Positions 37,031 through 47,189 of a stretch of DNA of 64,000 nt are shown here, one piece after another. The notes under the pieces are model-generated. The model had not been told where the DNA came from, did no database searches, and worked only from the letters and a program-made list of their open reading frames with translations. Position 1 is the first letter of the stretch, and the number at the start of each line of letters is the position of its first letter. The stretch is from assembly GCA_016929445.1 (NCBI GenBank), contig JAFGIU010000057.1, positions 3,867-67,866 on the forward strand. The letters are read 5' to 3'. Source of the stretch: Candidatus Omnitrophota bacterium (GTDB lineage Bacteria; Omnitrophota; Gorgyraeia; JAFGIU01). The position numbers and the translations under genes are program-made.

Positions 37031-39465
37031 TTCTTGCGTCCTCTCCACAGGGAAACTCCCCCTGCAAGCAATATCCACACAAAAACCGACCCCAAGGCTC
37101 CTGCCGAGACCGTTGCCAAACGCTGAAAATCATAAGAAGCCACCCACTGGCAATGAGTGACGGATTCTCCTTGGGGAAGCATCCAAACAGGGAAGCCCGG
37201 CGCAAGCATGCCAATGACAGCACGCCTTTCATTCACGCGAATTTGCCAGCCTGGATCCGCCGTCATTTTCAGAAAAGCAGCGCCCCCCTCCGGCGCCTTG
37301 GAAAGCATGGAATGCCGGCCCCCGCCCCCCACATTCACCCACTGTACCTGAGGCACTGCAACATCGTCCAGCTCCTGAGGCAACGGGCCCAGTTCACGCC
37401 ACAACCCGGGCACAGAGGGCAAACCCGGTTCCAAGGCCGTGTAAGAACTCAAGCGAAGATTCTGATTCGAGTAAACAGAAATCCCCTTGTCCGCGCAACG
37501 CTGCAACAGCGTCCTCCAAAACGGGCTCTCTATCCCAAACTGTCCGGGCTCCAAAAGCACGAGCGCGCGCACCTTGCCTCCTTCTATCCAGGTTTCAAAG
37601 TCCCGAGGCCGGGGGCTTAGCCGCACCAAAGGCCAAACCTGCCGGTAGCCGCCTTCGCGCATAGCCCACATAAACCAGCTGTGGCTGAGTTCGTACCAAT
37701 CCCGCAGATTGGATAAAACCAGAACAGGGGAAGCCCAGAGAGGATCAGCCAGACTTGCGGGGACGCTTCTCTGAGTGAGAGCCAGACGATCCAAGAGAAA
37801 CGTCCCTGGCGCACTGAGTCCGCCGAGATGAGTGACTCCATAAAGATCCAAAATCCACGGATGCTCCTCTGCCGCGTTATCCGGCCACCAAAACTTCGGC
37901 GTCCCTCCCCAATTCGACGCGCTGCTCGAGCCACGGGCCTTGGGATGGGACAAGCCCGAGAGCGTGGCCAGGTCCTCCAGCCCCGGACTCCGCGCCTCAT
38001 ACAACACGCGCGCGCCCGGATTCTCTGCCCGGATTTGGAGAAGCTCCCCGGTCACGGCCTCCATAAACTGCTCTGCGTCGCGCTGTCCCAATTCGCGCGC
38101 CGTGCGCAGGCGCTCATACAATGCCGGCGCTGAAAGAACCAGGATCAAGGTCAAACACAAGACAATGCCTTCGCGGGTGCGCGCCACCATGGGATTAACT
38201 GTCTCCCTGTAAAAAAATTCCCGCACCCAGCGCGTCAGCGCCGTCACCACGGAGGCGGCCAAAACTGCGGTGCCTATCTGCAGGAGAAACACCGCGCGCC
38301 ACTGCATAAGTTCCCCCCACATAGGAACACGGTTCATCCCCGGAATCTCATCGGCGCCCAATATCAGCGCCAAAGAAACACACAGAAGAGACAGAACCAT
38401 CACCTCACCTGTCTCCCACTCCCCGGGTCTGCACAAGTAATAGACCAAACCAAGGACCGCCATCCCCGTCAGGACAGGCCAGCGCCCTTCACTAAGAGTC
38501 GGCTGCAAAAATGCCGGCCCCAATTGGATCCACGTCTCCGGCAAAGCCACGCCTTCGAAAAGCGCTCCCAAAAACCAGGAATGCAGGAGCGCCGGAACCG
38601 ACGGGCTCTGCCACAAGCCTGTAAAACGATAGAGTTCAGGCTGAGGGATAACTAAATGGAATTGGCTATAGGCAATCGCGGGCCACACCCACAAGCACCC
38701 TATAGCCAGAGCAAACACGAAAACTAAAAATAATTTGAGGACCGGCCATGCGCTTCGCCGGCCCTTGCGGGAGAGCAAAATGAGAACTTCAAGGATCGCC
38801 ACCCAGCAGAGGAAGAAGGCGGCAATGGGATGGGCCAATAGCAAGAGTCCCGTGCCCAAAGCAGCCCAGGCCCAGGAGCCTTTGTGCCAAAGGCAGCGGT
38901 GCAGGGCGCTAAAGGCCAGACAAAAGAGCACATAGCCCAGCAACTGCGCTTGCAATCCAATTAATGTGTAGGCTTCCAGGCTGTGGCCCCAAGGATTGAA
39001 GAAGAGCAAACAGAAAAGACTCGCGCCCCCGGCAGTCAAGGCAGGCAAATCCAGCGACCGGAGACACCGGTATAATGCCAGGGGAAAAGCGCTCCACAAG
39101 ACCACCGTCGAAAGCCAAACCCATACCACAGCCCCCAGCAGGGGAAACACCGCGCGCAATCCCCCCGCAATCAAAGCATGCAAGGGCGGATAAGCGCTCC
39201 ACAAAGGCACACCCAATCCCGCAGTCCAAAAACAAAAGGGGTGCTTGTGGGCCAGGAATTGGCGGGCAAAGGCCTCCGCATGAGCGGTATGAAAGTAGAA
39301 GTCCTCCGAAAGCACAGCGTGAGAATGGCCCAGGGCTAAGGCCCCCAGGACTGCGGCCAAAATGCAGGCCAAAAAAGCCAAAGCCCGCCCTGCCGTGTGA
39401 TCCCAAGCATCGGCTTCGGGAAAGGGCGCTCCCATCACCGGCAACATCTCAGCGCGCGGGAACAT
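37027..39465 (-). CDS. GT-C-fold membrane protein (PTPS-related / YfhO-like)
   Basis: D..FH, W.AGLGVPLWSAYPPL, LLLAHP, many TM helices and C-terminal DPGWQIRVN; start approximate. Confidence 0.72.
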   Translation of the reverse strand: MFPRAEMLPVMGAPFPEADAWDHTAGRALAFLACILAAVLGALALGHSHAVLSEDFYFHTAHAEAFARQFLAHKHPFCFWTAGLGVPLWSAYPPLHALIAGGLRAVFPLLGAVVWVWLSTVVLWSAFPLALYRCLRSLDLPALTAGGASLFCLLFFNPWGHSLEAYTLIGLQAQLLGYVLFCLAFSALHRCLWHKGSWAWAALGTGLLLLAHPIAAFFLCWVAILEVLILLSRKGRRSAWPVLKLFLVFVFALAIGCLWVWPAIAYSQFHLVIPQPELYRFTGLWQSPSVPALLHSWFLGALFEGVALPETWIQLGPAFLQPTLSEGRWPVLTGMAVLGLVYYLCRPGEWETGEVMVLSLLCVSLALILGADEIPGMNRVPMWGELMQWRAVFLLQIGTAVLAASVVTALTRWVREFFYRETVNPMVARTREGIVLCLTLILVLSAPALYERLRTARELGQRDAEQFMEAVTGELLQIRAENPGARVLYEARSPGLEDLATLSGLSHPKARGSSSASNWGGTPKFWWPDNAAEEHPWILDLYGVTHLGGLSAPGTFLLDRLALTQRSVPASLADPLWASPVLVLSNLRDWYELSHSWFMWAMREGGYRQVWPLVRLSPRPRDFETWIEGGKVRALVLLEPGQFGIESPFWRTLLQRCADKGISVYSNQNLRLSSYTALEPGLPSVPGLWRELGPLPQELDDVAVPQVQWVNVGGGGRHSMLSKAPEGGAAFLKMTADPGWQIRVNERRAVIGMLAPGFPVWMLPQGESVTHCQWVASYDFQRLATVSAGALGSVFVWILLAGGVSLWRGRKK

Positions 39466-39835
39466 AGGCCCTCGTTTTGAATTGCCCGGCCCGGCTCCAG
39501 CGCAGAGCTTTTTCCTCCTGCCAGGCACGGACCTGCCAGAAGTACCCGGTCTCGGGCTCCAAGGCGGTCACATAGATTTCCGGAGCTTGTATCTCTTTAT
39601 TCTCCAATGTCGCGGGGACTTCTCCGGGCAAACCCTGAAAAATTTGGACTTCGTATTGAATCTCTTCTCCGGGCACGGGATTCCAAACAAGGTGAACCGC
39701 ATCCGGATTGAGCAGCGCCCCGTCTGCCGGACGAATCAGCACAGGCTTGAGCCAAAGCATTTGCTGCAGGTAGCAGCCCAGGAGCCAGCTCAGAAACAAC
39801 AATACCACCAGCCTGGATAAATGAGGCACTCTCAT
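39449..39835 (-). CDS. Small fibronectin-III-like putative lipoprotein
   Basis: ATG 39835 overlaps the upstream stop (ATGA). Lipobox-like LLGC, LVWNPVPG, YEVQI, LEPETGYFWQVRA. Confidence 0.72.
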   Translation of the reverse strand: MRVPHLSRLVVLLFLSWLLGCYLQQMLWLKPVLIRPADGALLNPDAVHLVWNPVPGEEIQYEVQIFQGLPGEVPATLENKEIQAPEIYVTALEPETGYFWQVRAWQEEKALRWSRAGQFKTRAYVPAR

Positions 39836-42276
39836 AACATCGGCCAGTTCTTTTTCCAAGAGTAAAGCTCTTTTAGCGCCGCGCGCACCTGGAGCGATTC
39901 CGGTTGTAAACCTTGGGCCTGGTGCAAAGAGGCAAGTGCCTGGGGCCAACGCCCGAGCACCGCATATAAGCGGCCCATCTCCAAAAGAGCCGCAATCTGT
40001 TCCTCGGGAGACAGACCCTTAAACTCATTTTTCAACACAAGGATGCGGCGCTGCAACCCTTCCTCATGGGCTTGGCGCTTGTTCAAAACCAAAGTCCTCC
40101 CGAACACCAGGCCCCCGTGGTAAAACCAGCGAGGATCCTGGCGCGCCAACGCATTGCCTACCCGCTGCATGTATTCTTGTTGCGCCTCCAAAGCCGCCCC
40201 GTAGTCTCCGGCCTCTTCGTAAAGGTACGCCAGATTAGCCCACGCATCCACAAACCAGGGTTCCTTTTCCACCACCGCGCGGGTCAGTTTAACAGCGGTA
40301 TCCAAATCTCCGTCCGCCCAGGCCCAGTAGCCTTGGTTGCAACGCGTGCGGAGACGCGCCAAACCACTCTCGCCCATCTCTGTGCGGGGATCCGGCATGA
40401 CCGGGGCTCTCAGATAGGATTCCAGCATGCGGTGGTGATGGGCCAGACGCATGTGTTTTCCGGGCGCACCCTCCCCGGACTCCAATTCCAACCAGGCCAA
40501 GTCCTCAAAGACCCGGTACGAGTGCGGGGACTCTGCGGCACGCCGCATTTGCTTGAGCGCTCCGCTGAGATTTCGCTCCCGGCGATAGATATCCCCCAAA
40601 ATCTGCGCTCGGCGGCTGTCCAGCCCGCTCTCCCCTTCCAGTCCTTGGAGGAGCAGGGTCTTGGCCTTATCCAATAAGCCTTCCTCTCTATAAAGAGAAA
40701 CCAAACGCAGGCGTGCCTCAGAATTTTCCGGGCCACTGCCCCAGACTGCCAGCGCCTTTCCCAAGGTAATTTGATAGACCTTCCAGGAATAGCCGATGTA
40801 GTCCACAGGTTCAAAATCGAGCAACCATTCAACCTGTCCCTCGCTCCCCAAATACCCCCTCAAACTGTTCACACTCGCCAAAACAAGACCGGTGGCGGGC
40901 TCAGGCGGTTCCAAACGAACGCCCGGATGATCGGCAATATAGGCTTCCACAAAACCCAGGTCCTGTTGCCAGTCCAGATTCGAGTCGATCAACCACTGGT
41001 CTCCCCTTTCCGGCCCGCCCGCCGCACGGTTAAAGAAGGCCAAGTAATGCGGATAAATCAATGCCGACTCCAGGACAAAACCAATCAAACACAACCCGGC
41101 CAAGACAGAAGACCAAAGCCGCCTGGGGGAATCTCCTGCCCTTGGCAGGATAGCGGCGGCAATAAACAGAAAGGCAAAGGGATAGATCAAGAGCACATGG
41201 CGCAGGCCGATTTGGAACTCGCTCACAAAACTGAAGTAAACAAAAAAGACCAGGGGCGGCCATAACAAAAAGGCCCGGTCTGTCCACCTCAGCCGGCCAA
41301 TGCATAAAAGCGATAGCAGAAACAGGATGAGTAAACTCAGCGGCGTTTTCACGGCCATTGCAACCGCATAGTAATTCGGGAATCCTTTGACTGAGAACTC
41401 GCCCATCAAATAATTCAAAAAGCCGTATTCGGTAAAGTATTTCTGAAAATCCAGGCCGTTAAGATAGGGCAAAGGAAAGAACCATAGCAGCCCTCTGCCC
41501 AATAAGGTCTGGGATAAGTTGTCGAAGAACGCACTCTGCCATAAGAAACCGGCCTTGGAGCTAAAGGCCCCTTGAAACCCATAGCCCAAAACCAAGATGA
41601 AAAAGGACACGCCCAAGAGGATGCCCGCGGCAGAGAGCATTCTCCAAACAGAGCGCCTTTCAAGAAGCATGGCCCAGAGGAGCAGGGGGAGCAAAACCCC
41701 GGACATTAAGACAGCCGTGTATTTGCTCAGCAGGGCCAAGCCCAAATAAACTGCAGACAAGAGGAGTTGATTGAGCCGGTGTTCAGCCGCAAAACTCCAC
41801 AAGTGATAGGTACTCGCCAAGGAGACGCTGACAAAACAAATATCCGGAGTCACCAAGCGGCTGTGAGCCAAAAGGTTGGGACTGAAGGCCCAAAGTGTTA
41901 AGACAAATAGAGCCCCGCGGCGGCCGTTCAAGCGCCGCGCCCATAAAAAGAGATAAAAACCCAGCAAGAGCCCCCAGACCAAATTCAAGAGGCGCGCGGG
42001 CAGAAGCCGGTCCGCCAAATCCTCCTGCCCCCAGCGCAACGGCAACCAACCATGCACATACGCAGTCAAGGGCGCATGCATCACATTGACCCGCTGCTGC
42101 CAGTGCGAGCCGCGCACCAAACTCACGGCCGACCGCAAATAGAGGTCCTCGTCGCTGGTCATGGACTTGACCGACAAACTGGACACAGTCTGAAAAAGCC
42201 AGAAGAACACTAGGAAGGCAAGAAGAACCGCAGTCCAGACACGTTGATTTGTGCTTTCTTCTTTGGGTTGTTCCAT
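39832..42276 (-). CDS. GT39/PMT_2 (ArnT-like) glycosyltransferase with C-terminal TPRs
   Basis: SMTSDE, HAPL, FSPNLLAHSRLVTPD, LLSKYTA, AVKTPL, IGLRH, DSNLDWQQD and TPRs. Start ATG 42276 overlaps the upstream stop (TGATG). Confidence 0.87.
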   Translation of the reverse strand: MEQPKEESTNQRVWTAVLLAFLVFFWLFQTVSSLSVKSMTSDEDLYLRSAVSLVRGSHWQQRVNVMHAPLTAYVHGWLPLRWGQEDLADRLLPARLLNLVWGLLLGFYLFLWARRLNGRRGALFVLTLWAFSPNLLAHSRLVTPDICFVSVSLASTYHLWSFAAEHRLNQLLLSAVYLGLALLSKYTAVLMSGVLLPLLLWAMLLERRSVWRMLSAAGILLGVSFFILVLGYGFQGAFSSKAGFLWQSAFFDNLSQTLLGRGLLWFFPLPYLNGLDFQKYFTEYGFLNYLMGEFSVKGFPNYYAVAMAVKTPLSLLILFLLSLLCIGRLRWTDRAFLLWPPLVFFVYFSFVSEFQIGLRHVLLIYPFAFLFIAAAILPRAGDSPRRLWSSVLAGLCLIGFVLESALIYPHYLAFFNRAAGGPERGDQWLIDSNLDWQQDLGFVEAYIADHPGVRLEPPEPATGLVLASVNSLRGYLGSEGQVEWLLDFEPVDYIGYSWKVYQITLGKALAVWGSGPENSEARLRLVSLYREEGLLDKAKTLLLQGLEGESGLDSRRAQILGDIYRRERNLSGALKQMRRAAESPHSYRVFEDLAWLELESGEGAPGKHMRLAHHHRMLESYLRAPVMPDPRTEMGESGLARLRTRCNQGYWAWADGDLDTAVKLTRAVVEKEPWFVDAWANLAYLYEEAGDYGAALEAQQEYMQRVGNALARQDPRWFYHGGLVFGRTLVLNKRQAHEEGLQRRILVLKNEFKGLSPEEQIAALLEMGRLYAVLGRWPQALASLHQAQGLQPESLQVRAALKELYSWKKNWPML

Positions 42277-44402
42277 CAATACCGCCTGCGCCTGATGAAG
42301 GCCACGGCCCCCAACAGCAGCCAAAGGGAAGGTGCAATCAGAAATCCCAGTGTCACACTCCTGGGCCGGTAGTCCATTCGCACCGTGTGCTGGCCACTGG
42401 GCAAATATACTGCGCGCATCAAATAGTTGGCGCACAAAAGCTCTGCTGGCTCGCCGTCGAGAGTAGCCCACCAGCCGGGATAGTAGGTGTCCGAGACCAC
42501 CAGAAATCCCGGGTCCTCGGACACTGTATCAATTATCAAAGAATGAGGATTCGAAGACACCACGGTGGCTGCGGAAAACCCGGGCGAATCCACCTGCGGC
42601 AGATCGATCGGCGCCTTATCCCATTCCAGGAAGACTTCTTCCTCATAAGCCCGCCCTTTGCTCAATAACTGAGTCAGGGCGGATTCGTCATCAAAAACCA
42701 CTTTGGCCCGGTGCACCACCCAAGCCCGGGGGCGCGCGCCCAAACTCCCCCAGACTTGATAGCGTGAATTCTGAAAAATAACAGGCAAAGACGGATCCGG
42801 CGCCGGCAAGGGCGAACGCTTGTCACTCACCCAGAGCCGTGCAGACAACAAGTCAAAATCCTGCACTCGAATTTTTTTGAGAGTCTGGCGCTGCGCCTGG
42901 GCTGTGTCTGCGGGCAGTCCCTGGATCCGGTTCAAGTAAGCAGACAAGGGACCCGGCATCAAGCCCTCATTGCCGAGACAATTCTGCAAACCTTCAAAAG
43001 AACCGCCGTTAAATCCGGGCCAAAGCACACGCCCGGATCCCACATAAGAGCGAAGAAAGTGCCCGAGTTCCGGATCGATGCGATAAGGATGAGCTTCCAT
43101 AACGCGCACAAAAGAGGCCCCGTGAAAAAAGAGTTCCATCACCAGGCACACGGCAATGACTCGTGTCAGCACACGCGCCCTATCCTTTCCCGCCCCCTGG
43201 CTCACTCCTTCAAAAAGGCGCTGCATCCCCAGGGCTGCCAAGAAAGAAAGCGCAAAGGCAAACACATACAGCCAACGGCCCGGCACACGAAAGTATCCGT
43301 AGGTCGGCACCAAGCGACGGACCCATCCTTCCAAAGGGAGCGCAGGACCCAGTGCCAATGCTAAGGAGATTAGAGCCAGGAGCGCGGCAGTCATTTGAAA
43401 GGGTCTTCTTCGGCCCAGTAACCCGGCCAAGATTAACAGCAATGCCACCCACCCCGTATAGATCTGCGGGGCCCCAGACGCGCGTCCCTCCGCCCGGGCA
43501 GAGGGAGCGGGGTTCTCCGTTCCGGAGGGAGGCATCACCAAACCCAGGAGATTTTGGGGAGCCAGCGAATTCTCCCGGGAGGAAACCACATGAGTCAGCA
43601 AAGAACGATCACTGAGATGCGCATACTCCAAGGATGGCAAGACGCGCGGAGCAGCCAAACCCGCCGCAAGCAAGGCAATGCCCGCGGCCACAAAAAAAGC
43701 TTCGCCCAATCCATGCCAAATCTCCGAAGCCTCCTCCCCTTGCGCGCCCACCCCAATCAAATATAAGAGCCCGGCTACCCCCATCATCCAAGTGCCCTGA
43801 GAATGCCCGGTCATGCACAGCAAGGCCAAAGCGATCGCCGCCCAAATCGCGGCGCCCAAAGTGCGCCGGATCACATATCTTCGAAGCGCCGCCCACCACC
43901 AGGGACTCATCCAGTACACGGAAACAAGCCCGATGTGGCCGGCAAAGAAGCTTTGCAGTACATATCCGTTCCCCACAAACACGAACACACCGATCGCGCT
44001 GGATAAGGGATTCAACTCACTCAACCGGCAGAGCCAGTAAAATCCCAGGGCACCCACAAGCAAATGCGTGAGCAAACTCAAATTAACGACACGCTCCAAG
44101 GACAGCGGCGTAAACACCCAAACCAAATTCAAGGGATCCACAAAACTGAAAGTCGCGGTGGGAAGGTACGGAACCCCGCAAAAGATATTCGGATTCCACA
44201 AAGGCAGGCTGCCCAGACTCAAGGCTTGCCGGCCCAAATTGACCAAGGCAAGTTTTTGGTAAACCAGATCCAGCCCCAAAAGCACGCGCGGGCCCAGAAG
44301 CACCCACCCCAAGCTCAACACAAGAAGGGCAAGAATCGTGAGTACAGGCACTATGTCTTGGCGAAGGGAACGTTCGTGGGTCATTGAGCCGCTAAGAGTC
44401 AT
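42276..44402 (-). CDS. YfhO-family GT-C membrane protein
   Basis: LPLWNPNIFCGVPY, GHSQ, FRVPGRW, PRAW, LVVSDTYYPGWWATLDG, ANYLMRAV. Start is 44402 or 44384. Confidence 0.87.
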   Translation of the reverse strand: MTLSGSMTHERSLRQDIVPVLTILALLVLSLGWVLLGPRVLLGLDLVYQKLALVNLGRQALSLGSLPLWNPNIFCGVPYLPTATFSFVDPLNLVWVFTPLSLERVVNLSLLTHLLVGALGFYWLCRLSELNPLSSAIGVFVFVGNGYVLQSFFAGHIGLVSVYWMSPWWWAALRRYVIRRTLGAAIWAAIALALLCMTGHSQGTWMMGVAGLLYLIGVGAQGEEASEIWHGLGEAFFVAAGIALLAAGLAAPRVLPSLEYAHLSDRSLLTHVVSSRENSLAPQNLLGLVMPPSGTENPAPSARAEGRASGAPQIYTGWVALLLILAGLLGRRRPFQMTAALLALISLALALGPALPLEGWVRRLVPTYGYFRVPGRWLYVFAFALSFLAALGMQRLFEGVSQGAGKDRARVLTRVIAVCLVMELFFHGASFVRVMEAHPYRIDPELGHFLRSYVGSGRVLWPGFNGGSFEGLQNCLGNEGLMPGPLSAYLNRIQGLPADTAQAQRQTLKKIRVQDFDLLSARLWVSDKRSPLPAPDPSLPVIFQNSRYQVWGSLGARPRAWVVHRAKVVFDDESALTQLLSKGRAYEEEVFLEWDKAPIDLPQVDSPGFSAATVVSSNPHSLIIDTVSEDPGFLVVSDTYYPGWWATLDGEPAELLCANYLMRAVYLPSGQHTVRMDYRPRSVTLGFLIAPSLWLLLGAVAFIRRRRY

Positions 44403-46455
44403 CCTTGGCCCCGCCCCAAACACGGCGGACCCGCGGAAATGACAGCATGAGTAACAGACATATTGTAACGAGTGTAATAGCAATACCTAAGAAAACTGAG
44501 CGCGAGCAGTATCGGAATTCCACCCGGTGTTCCCCGGCAGGGACCCGGACCGCGCGTATCAGCCCATTGGCAGGATAGACGTTAACAGGACTTCCGTCGA
44601 GCCCGGCCCTCCACGCCGGGTCATACGGCTCCGAGAGCACCAGCCAGCAGGGCGAAGAGGCGCGGACCCCCATCTCCATCTCATGAGGGCTCTCACTCAG
44701 GAATTCAATCTCCCCCTGCACCCAATCCGCGGACGCCGGCCACTGGCCCTCGCCCTCCAAATAAAGAGTCTGAACCGGATCAAATCCGGGCTTTGCAATG
44801 CGTTGCCAAATTTCCCGGCGGTCCCGCACCCAGCGGGCCTCAGGGATCAACCAAGCCCGCGGGGAAGTTTGAATACGGCGGTAAAGCGCCAAGCTCTCTG
44901 CATTCAGCACTTTTTCCCATTCAGAATCCGGAGGCTCCACATCCGCAGATTGAATCAGATACCTCAGATTCAGGAGCTGCCAGAGCGGGTGACCGGGATA
45001 GCGCAGGTATTTCAGATAGCTGACGGGCCGGTCCAAAGGCGCCCCTTCGAGAGTGTTCACAAACTCCGCATAGCGCTGGGTGGCAATGGGCTTGTATCCG
45101 TTAACCAAAGGAATTCCGGCCAACATCTCCAAATTTGTGAGGGCCTGGCCCTGCCAAAGCACCCGAAAAGGTTCCTCATCCTGAAGCAAAGCCCGGACGA
45201 TTGAATCGGGCATCTTAAAGATGCCGGGATGCGCGGGTTGGATATACCGGCTCCCAAAAGAGTGCATGTCCAGGACCACCACGAGCAGAACCATGGACGG
45301 AAGAATCTTCGAGCGCCGATAAAACTCGGGTTGCTCGAAAATACGCGAACAAAGCACGGCCCCGCTCACAGCGATTCCCAAATTCCAAAAGAGCAGGAAG
45401 CGGCCCGGTTCCCTAAAAACGGAAAAACCCGGCAGATATTGGTAAAGAAATCCGTACACGGGCGTGTGATTACCCAGGGCGAGCAGAAGTCCCCCGAGCG
45501 CCATAAAACACCAGAGCCTTGCGGCGGGCGGGCCGAAAAAAAGCGCAAGCAATCCCAGGATTGTGAGAAAAACCCCGGCATAGGCGGTCCGCTCCCACCA
45601 CAGGCCCGCCCCCCGGTAGCGGGTAGTGATTTGATCGCCCAAGGCCCAAGGCTGAATCAAAGTAATGAGTTCCCGCGGCGCAAGGGAGCGCGCTGCTGCC
45701 TGGTCCCAGCTCAAGCCCCCGGCCCTCTCGGAATCTTTCTGGAATTCCATCGCAGGCATCCACTGTGCCGCACCCAGGCCTGCAAAAAGTCCAAAGGCCA
45801 GGAATAATCCCAGAACGGAGTGCCCGGTTTTCGCCCTGTCTCGCTTAAGAAGCTGCGCAAGAACGAAAATACATAGAAAACCCGCAGTCATCAAGCTGAG
45901 CTGGACATGGCCGGTATAAAGCATGAGTCCCAAACACAAACCCACCGGAACCCAACTCCTGATCCGGTTCTTGCGCAAAGCCCGCAGAGTCCACATAAAA
46001 ACAAAGGGCACCAAAGCCGCTGTGTACACTATGTCAAAGTGCCCGGCAAAAAGACGCCCTATTTGGTGTCCTCCGAATCCAAAAGAAAAACCCGCCATCA
46101 AAGCTGCGGCTCTGATCCCGCCCGTGCGCCTTACAAGACGGTAAGCCCCCCAAGCTCCGAGAGTGAGAAAGAACGCATGGAGGAAGTTCAGTTTCTGGAA
46201 AATTGAAAGGCCCGGCAGCAAGAACTCGGCACCCAGGCGCGGCAGCAAGGTACGGATATCCGTGGCTGCCCAAAAGGGCATGCCCCCGTGCACAAAAGGA
46301 TTCCAGAGCGGAAGTTCGCCGGCCCGCAAACATCGCAGCGCAAACTCCTGATAGCAGAACAGGTGGCGGTCCAGTGTATATAGAGGAAGGCCTGAGGCAA
46401 ACAAGGGTCCCAGGTACAAGAGCGGAAAGAGCAAGAGCAGAAGTGCGATCACCAC
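44392..46455 (-). CDS. YfhO-family GT-C membrane protein
   Basis: LPLWNPFVHGGMPF, GHVQ, FREPGRF, PRAW, LVLSEPYDPAWRA, ANGLIRAV. GTG start overlaps the upstream stop. Confidence 0.87.
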   Translation of the reverse strand: MVIALLLLLFPLLYLGPLFASGLPLYTLDRHLFCYQEFALRCLRAGELPLWNPFVHGGMPFWAATDIRTLLPRLGAEFLLPGLSIFQKLNFLHAFFLTLGAWGAYRLVRRTGGIRAAALMAGFSFGFGGHQIGRLFAGHFDIVYTAALVPFVFMWTLRALRKNRIRSWVPVGLCLGLMLYTGHVQLSLMTAGFLCIFVLAQLLKRDRAKTGHSVLGLFLAFGLFAGLGAAQWMPAMEFQKDSERAGGLSWDQAAARSLAPRELITLIQPWALGDQITTRYRGAGLWWERTAYAGVFLTILGLLALFFGPPAARLWCFMALGGLLLALGNHTPVYGFLYQYLPGFSVFREPGRFLLFWNLGIAVSGAVLCSRIFEQPEFYRRSKILPSMVLLVVVLDMHSFGSRYIQPAHPGIFKMPDSIVRALLQDEEPFRVLWQGQALTNLEMLAGIPLVNGYKPIATQRYAEFVNTLEGAPLDRPVSYLKYLRYPGHPLWQLLNLRYLIQSADVEPPDSEWEKVLNAESLALYRRIQTSPRAWLIPEARWVRDRREIWQRIAKPGFDPVQTLYLEGEGQWPASADWVQGEIEFLSESPHEMEMGVRASSPCWLVLSEPYDPAWRAGLDGSPVNVYPANGLIRAVRVPAGEHRVEFRYCSRSVFLGIAITLVTICLLLMLSFPRVRRVWGGAKDDS

Positions 46456-47189
46456 TTGAGCCTCTCCCGGCGATCCCTCACAGCCCGGTACACCTGCTCC
46501 ATCTCCTGCGCAGTCTGGACCCGGCCCGGATCCAACAATAAAGCCCAACGGTAATGCAGGAGCGCGCGCTCCCACTCACCCTGGACCGTGAGCAATGCCC
46601 CCAAGCTCGATTGGAGATCCGCTTGTGCAGGATGATAGCGCAAAGAAGTGCGCAAGGCTTCCGTCGCATCCCTCACCCGCTCCTGGTCCAGATAGAGATG
46701 GGCCAAAGAGCGGGCAGGTTGCCAGGCATTGGGCCGGATGGATTGCGCTTCGAGGAAATAGGATTCCGCCTTGGGGTAATAACCCGCAAAATGCATGAGC
46801 CTTCCCAGAAGGAGCGCCCCCCAATACGCATCGTACGGCTTTCCCGGATTCCAGATCATGAGATCAGGGCGAATCTCGAACTTCTGCACAAAATCCTGAT
46901 TCTGGATGCTGCGTTTGAGAAGCACGGCATGACTCTCGTCCAAATAGACCACGGCCCAATCCGGATTTCCCCAGAGCTGCGCCAGCCACTCGGGCCGTTC
47001 CAGACTGTGCGAAGCAGTCCGGCAAGTCGCGGTCTCCTGCAGCCCCTGTTGGGCAATCCAGCTTTGAGCCTGTTGGGATTCGCGATAGCGCAAAGGCACG
47101 CGTTCCGAACGGGTCGCCCGCGCCTGCTCCGCTGCGGTTAAGGAGGCAAGAAGAATCCAACACAAAGTAATGACAAGGGGACGCTTCAT
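46449..47189 (-). CDS. Exported TPR protein
   Basis: ATG 47189 (ATGA overlap), signal peptide, WAVVYLDESHAVLLKR and three to four TPRs. Confidence 0.78.
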   Translation of the reverse strand: MKRPLVITLCWILLASLTAAEQARATRSERVPLRYRESQQAQSWIAQQGLQETATCRTASHSLERPEWLAQLWGNPDWAVVYLDESHAVLLKRSIQNQDFVQKFEIRPDLMIWNPGKPYDAYWGALLLGRLMHFAGYYPKAESYFLEAQSIRPNAWQPARSLAHLYLDQERVRDATEALRTSLRYHPAQADLQSSLGALLTVQGEWERALLHYRWALLLDPGRVQTAQEMEQVYRAVRDRRERLKW

